From contig OZ244206.1 in the NCBI GenBank assembly GCA_965216865.1, forward strand, positions 967,745 to 1,031,744: DNA of 64,000 nt, written 5' to 3'. The notes beneath the pieces are model-generated. The model worked only from the letters and a program-made list of their open reading frames with translations, searched no databases and had not been told where the DNA came from. Made by a program: the position numbers and the translations under genes. The stretch is from Phycisphaerales bacterium (GTDB lineage: Bacteria; Planctomycetota; Phycisphaerae; Phycisphaerales; UBA1924). This document shows positions 62,387 through 64,000 of this stretch, in pieces (position 1 is the first letter of the stretch; the number at the start of each line of letters is the position of its first letter).

Positions 62387-62843
62387 CGAAAATCTGCAGC
62401 TTGTGCCCTTGGGCTTTAAGTCCCTTGGCGGCACAGATCTTGTCGCGCAGCTCGATCAGTTCCGGGACTTCCAGTGTTTCCACATCGCCCGAGTCGATAT
62501 TGATCAGCAGCGTGTTGCCCGTGTTGCCCACGGTGAGCTGGTAGTGCGACTGTTCGCGATCGAAGAGCACCTGCTGAATGATGTTGCAGGACTCGAGGAG
62601 CTTGAGCGTGCGATAGACGGTGGCTTTGGAAACCGAATGGCCCTTGTCCTTGAGCGCGTCGAGGAGCTGATCGGCTTCGAACAACCCATCGAACGCGATG
62701 ATCGTGTCGAGGATCATCGCCCGCTCGGGGGTGTATTTGAGGTTCTCTTCCTTGAGCGCCCGGCGGAAGACTGCACACAACGGTTCGATGATATCGAGGG
62801 GTGCCTGGGTATCCGCGTTGGTTTTGATGGGTTCGAGTGCCAT
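62367..62843 (-). CDS. Fur-family transcriptional regulator lacking the usual metal ligands
   Basis: The winged-helix part YTPERAMILDTI...VSKATVYRTLKLLES is present. The region where Fur has HHxH and CxxC reads NTLLINIDSGDVETL. The start is at MALEPIK. Confidence 0.7.
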   Translation of the reverse strand: MALEPIKTNADTQAPLDIIEPLCAVFRRALKEENLKYTPERAMILDTIIAFDGLFEADQLLDALKDKGHSVSKATVYRTLKLLESCNIIQQVLFDREQSHYQLTVGNTGNTLLINIDSGDVETLEVPELIELRDKICAAKGLKAQGHKLQIFVSAVGD

Positions 62844-62895
62844 AAACGATTCTAGGGTTTCGATCTCGCCCGGACCCATCCGCCGGATCGTACAA

Positions 62896-64000
62896 TGGTT
62901 GCGATGAAGCAGGATGCGGCAACAAAGGTGATACAAACGCGAACACACGCGTTTGCCGCAGTGAGCGCGGTCGCGATCGCGTTCCCCGCGGTCCTGCTCA
63001 TGCAGGGAGAAGGCGGTCCTTGGCTCGCGCGGGTCATCACGCTCGTCGAGACCCTGTTTCTCGCGGGCTGGGCCCCGCTGCTCTACCTGGTCGCAAGCGC
63101 GGGGTACGGTCGTTCGATCCGACAATGGATCCCCGAGCGTCCTGGGCGGTGGTGCATCGAGCTTGGCTTCGGATTGACGGTGCTGCTCTCACTGACGCAC
63201 ATCACTGGGATGCTCGGGTTCCTGACTAGCATCAGCGCGTGGGTGATCACAGGGATCGGGATCGCGCTCTTCCTTCCAATACGCAAAGAACTCAAGGGTT
63301 CCTTTTCAACTGAGCGTGTGACGCTGATGCACATCGCGATCGTGTGCGGGATGCTGCTCGCGCTGGTAATGGCATGCAACCCGCCTGGGATACTGTGGGG
63401 CTCAGAGTACGGCGGGTTCGATGCCCTGAGCTATCACCTGCAGCTGCCACGCGAGTGGGTCGAGCAAGGGCGGATCTGGCCGAGTGATCACAATGTATAC
63501 TCGTTCCTGCCCAGTTATATGGAAAGCGCGTACGCGCACATCGCGCTGATGATGGGCGACGGGATGCACGCGGACAATGGGCGGGCGATGATCAGCACCC
63601 AGCTGCTCAGCGCGTTCATGCTGATCGTGGCGGCGGGATCGATCGGTGAACTCGCGCGGATGACCTGTCACCGCATCGTTCCGGACGCGGACGCGATGCT
63701 CGCGAGCCGGATCGGAATGGCATTGGCATTCGGGACACCATGGCTCATTGTTGTCGGGACCCTTGCCTACAACGAGATCGCGGTGGTCCTCCTCGGATCG
63801 GCTGCTTTGATCGTCGCGATGCGAACGGACATCGAGACATGGAAACGCGCAGTCCTGTGCGGGCTGATCGTCGGCGGGGCGTGCTCGTGCAAGCCCACGG
63901 CACTGTTCATGCTCGCGCCGAGCGTGGGCATCGTGCTGCTCGCGTGCTCGCCCAGGAAGCACTGGATCGTCACTTCGATGGTGTGTGTTGTTGTCGGCTC
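62896..64000 (+). CDS. polytopic membrane protein, possibly a GT-C-fold glycosyltransferase (5' part; runs off the window)
   Basis: Frame 1 is open from the ATG at 62896 to the window end by my own translation: MVAMKQDAATKV...FDALSYHLQLPREWVEQGRIWPSDHNVYSFLPSYMES... There are many TM helices. It is not in the ORF track because it has no stop. Confidence 0.55.

Noticed and set aside
1-64000. Search by eye for tRNA, rRNA, tmRNA, transposase, integrase, reverse transcriptase, cas genes and toxin-antitoxin pairs.
   Set aside because: No T-loop-like GGTTCGAATCC contexts, rRNA-like stretches or recognisable mobile-element enzymes were seen. I could not run tRNAscan or Infernal, so short or divergent RNAs may have been missed.

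Overview
This is a 64-kb chromosomal segment from a high-GC bacterium. Spot counts on single 60-nt lines give about 65-68% GC in core genes and 45-50% in a few islands. Several features suggest Planctomycetota, probably Phycisphaerae; this is inference only. They are: a dockerin-like C-terminus ending in GCP, three PEP-CTERM-like anchors, an Hc1-type histone-like mini-ORF, an isolated ftsW-murG pair with no ftsQAZ, and a MoxR/DUF58/BatA cluster.

Most of the window is housekeeping: accBC, glyA, serA, rimO, rsmA, trmL, a TrmH-family methylase, uppP, tsaE, murG, ftsW, fabZ-like, manA, exbB-exbD-exbD and rarD. I found no rRNA, tRNA, CRISPR array, cas gene, transposase, integrase or reverse transcriptase, and no complete, obviously novel multi-gene system.

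The observations most worth a second look are:
- Several families of palindromic repeats lie immediately 3' of stop codons and are always co-oriented with the upstream gene. Three loci carry a fixed ~170-nt A-B composite module with compensatory stem changes.
- A GxxExxY-gene cassette bounded by ~55-nt inverted repeats is inserted between moxR and the DUF58 gene. It sits next to a decayed second cassette end and a duplicated DUF58 5' end.
- A ~100-nt duplication of the DegT 3' end plus terminator brackets a dockerin-anchored gene.
- A 91-aa ORF reads as a circular permutation of an acyl carrier protein.
- A 56-aa Hc1-like ORF is missing from the ORF track.
- TsaE is fused to a YacG-like tail that has lost three of its four cysteines.
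- Two translationally coupled paralogues combine a zinc ribbon with a polytopic membrane domain.
- atoE is frameshifted.

Functional calls rest on motif recognition by eye. No searches were run.
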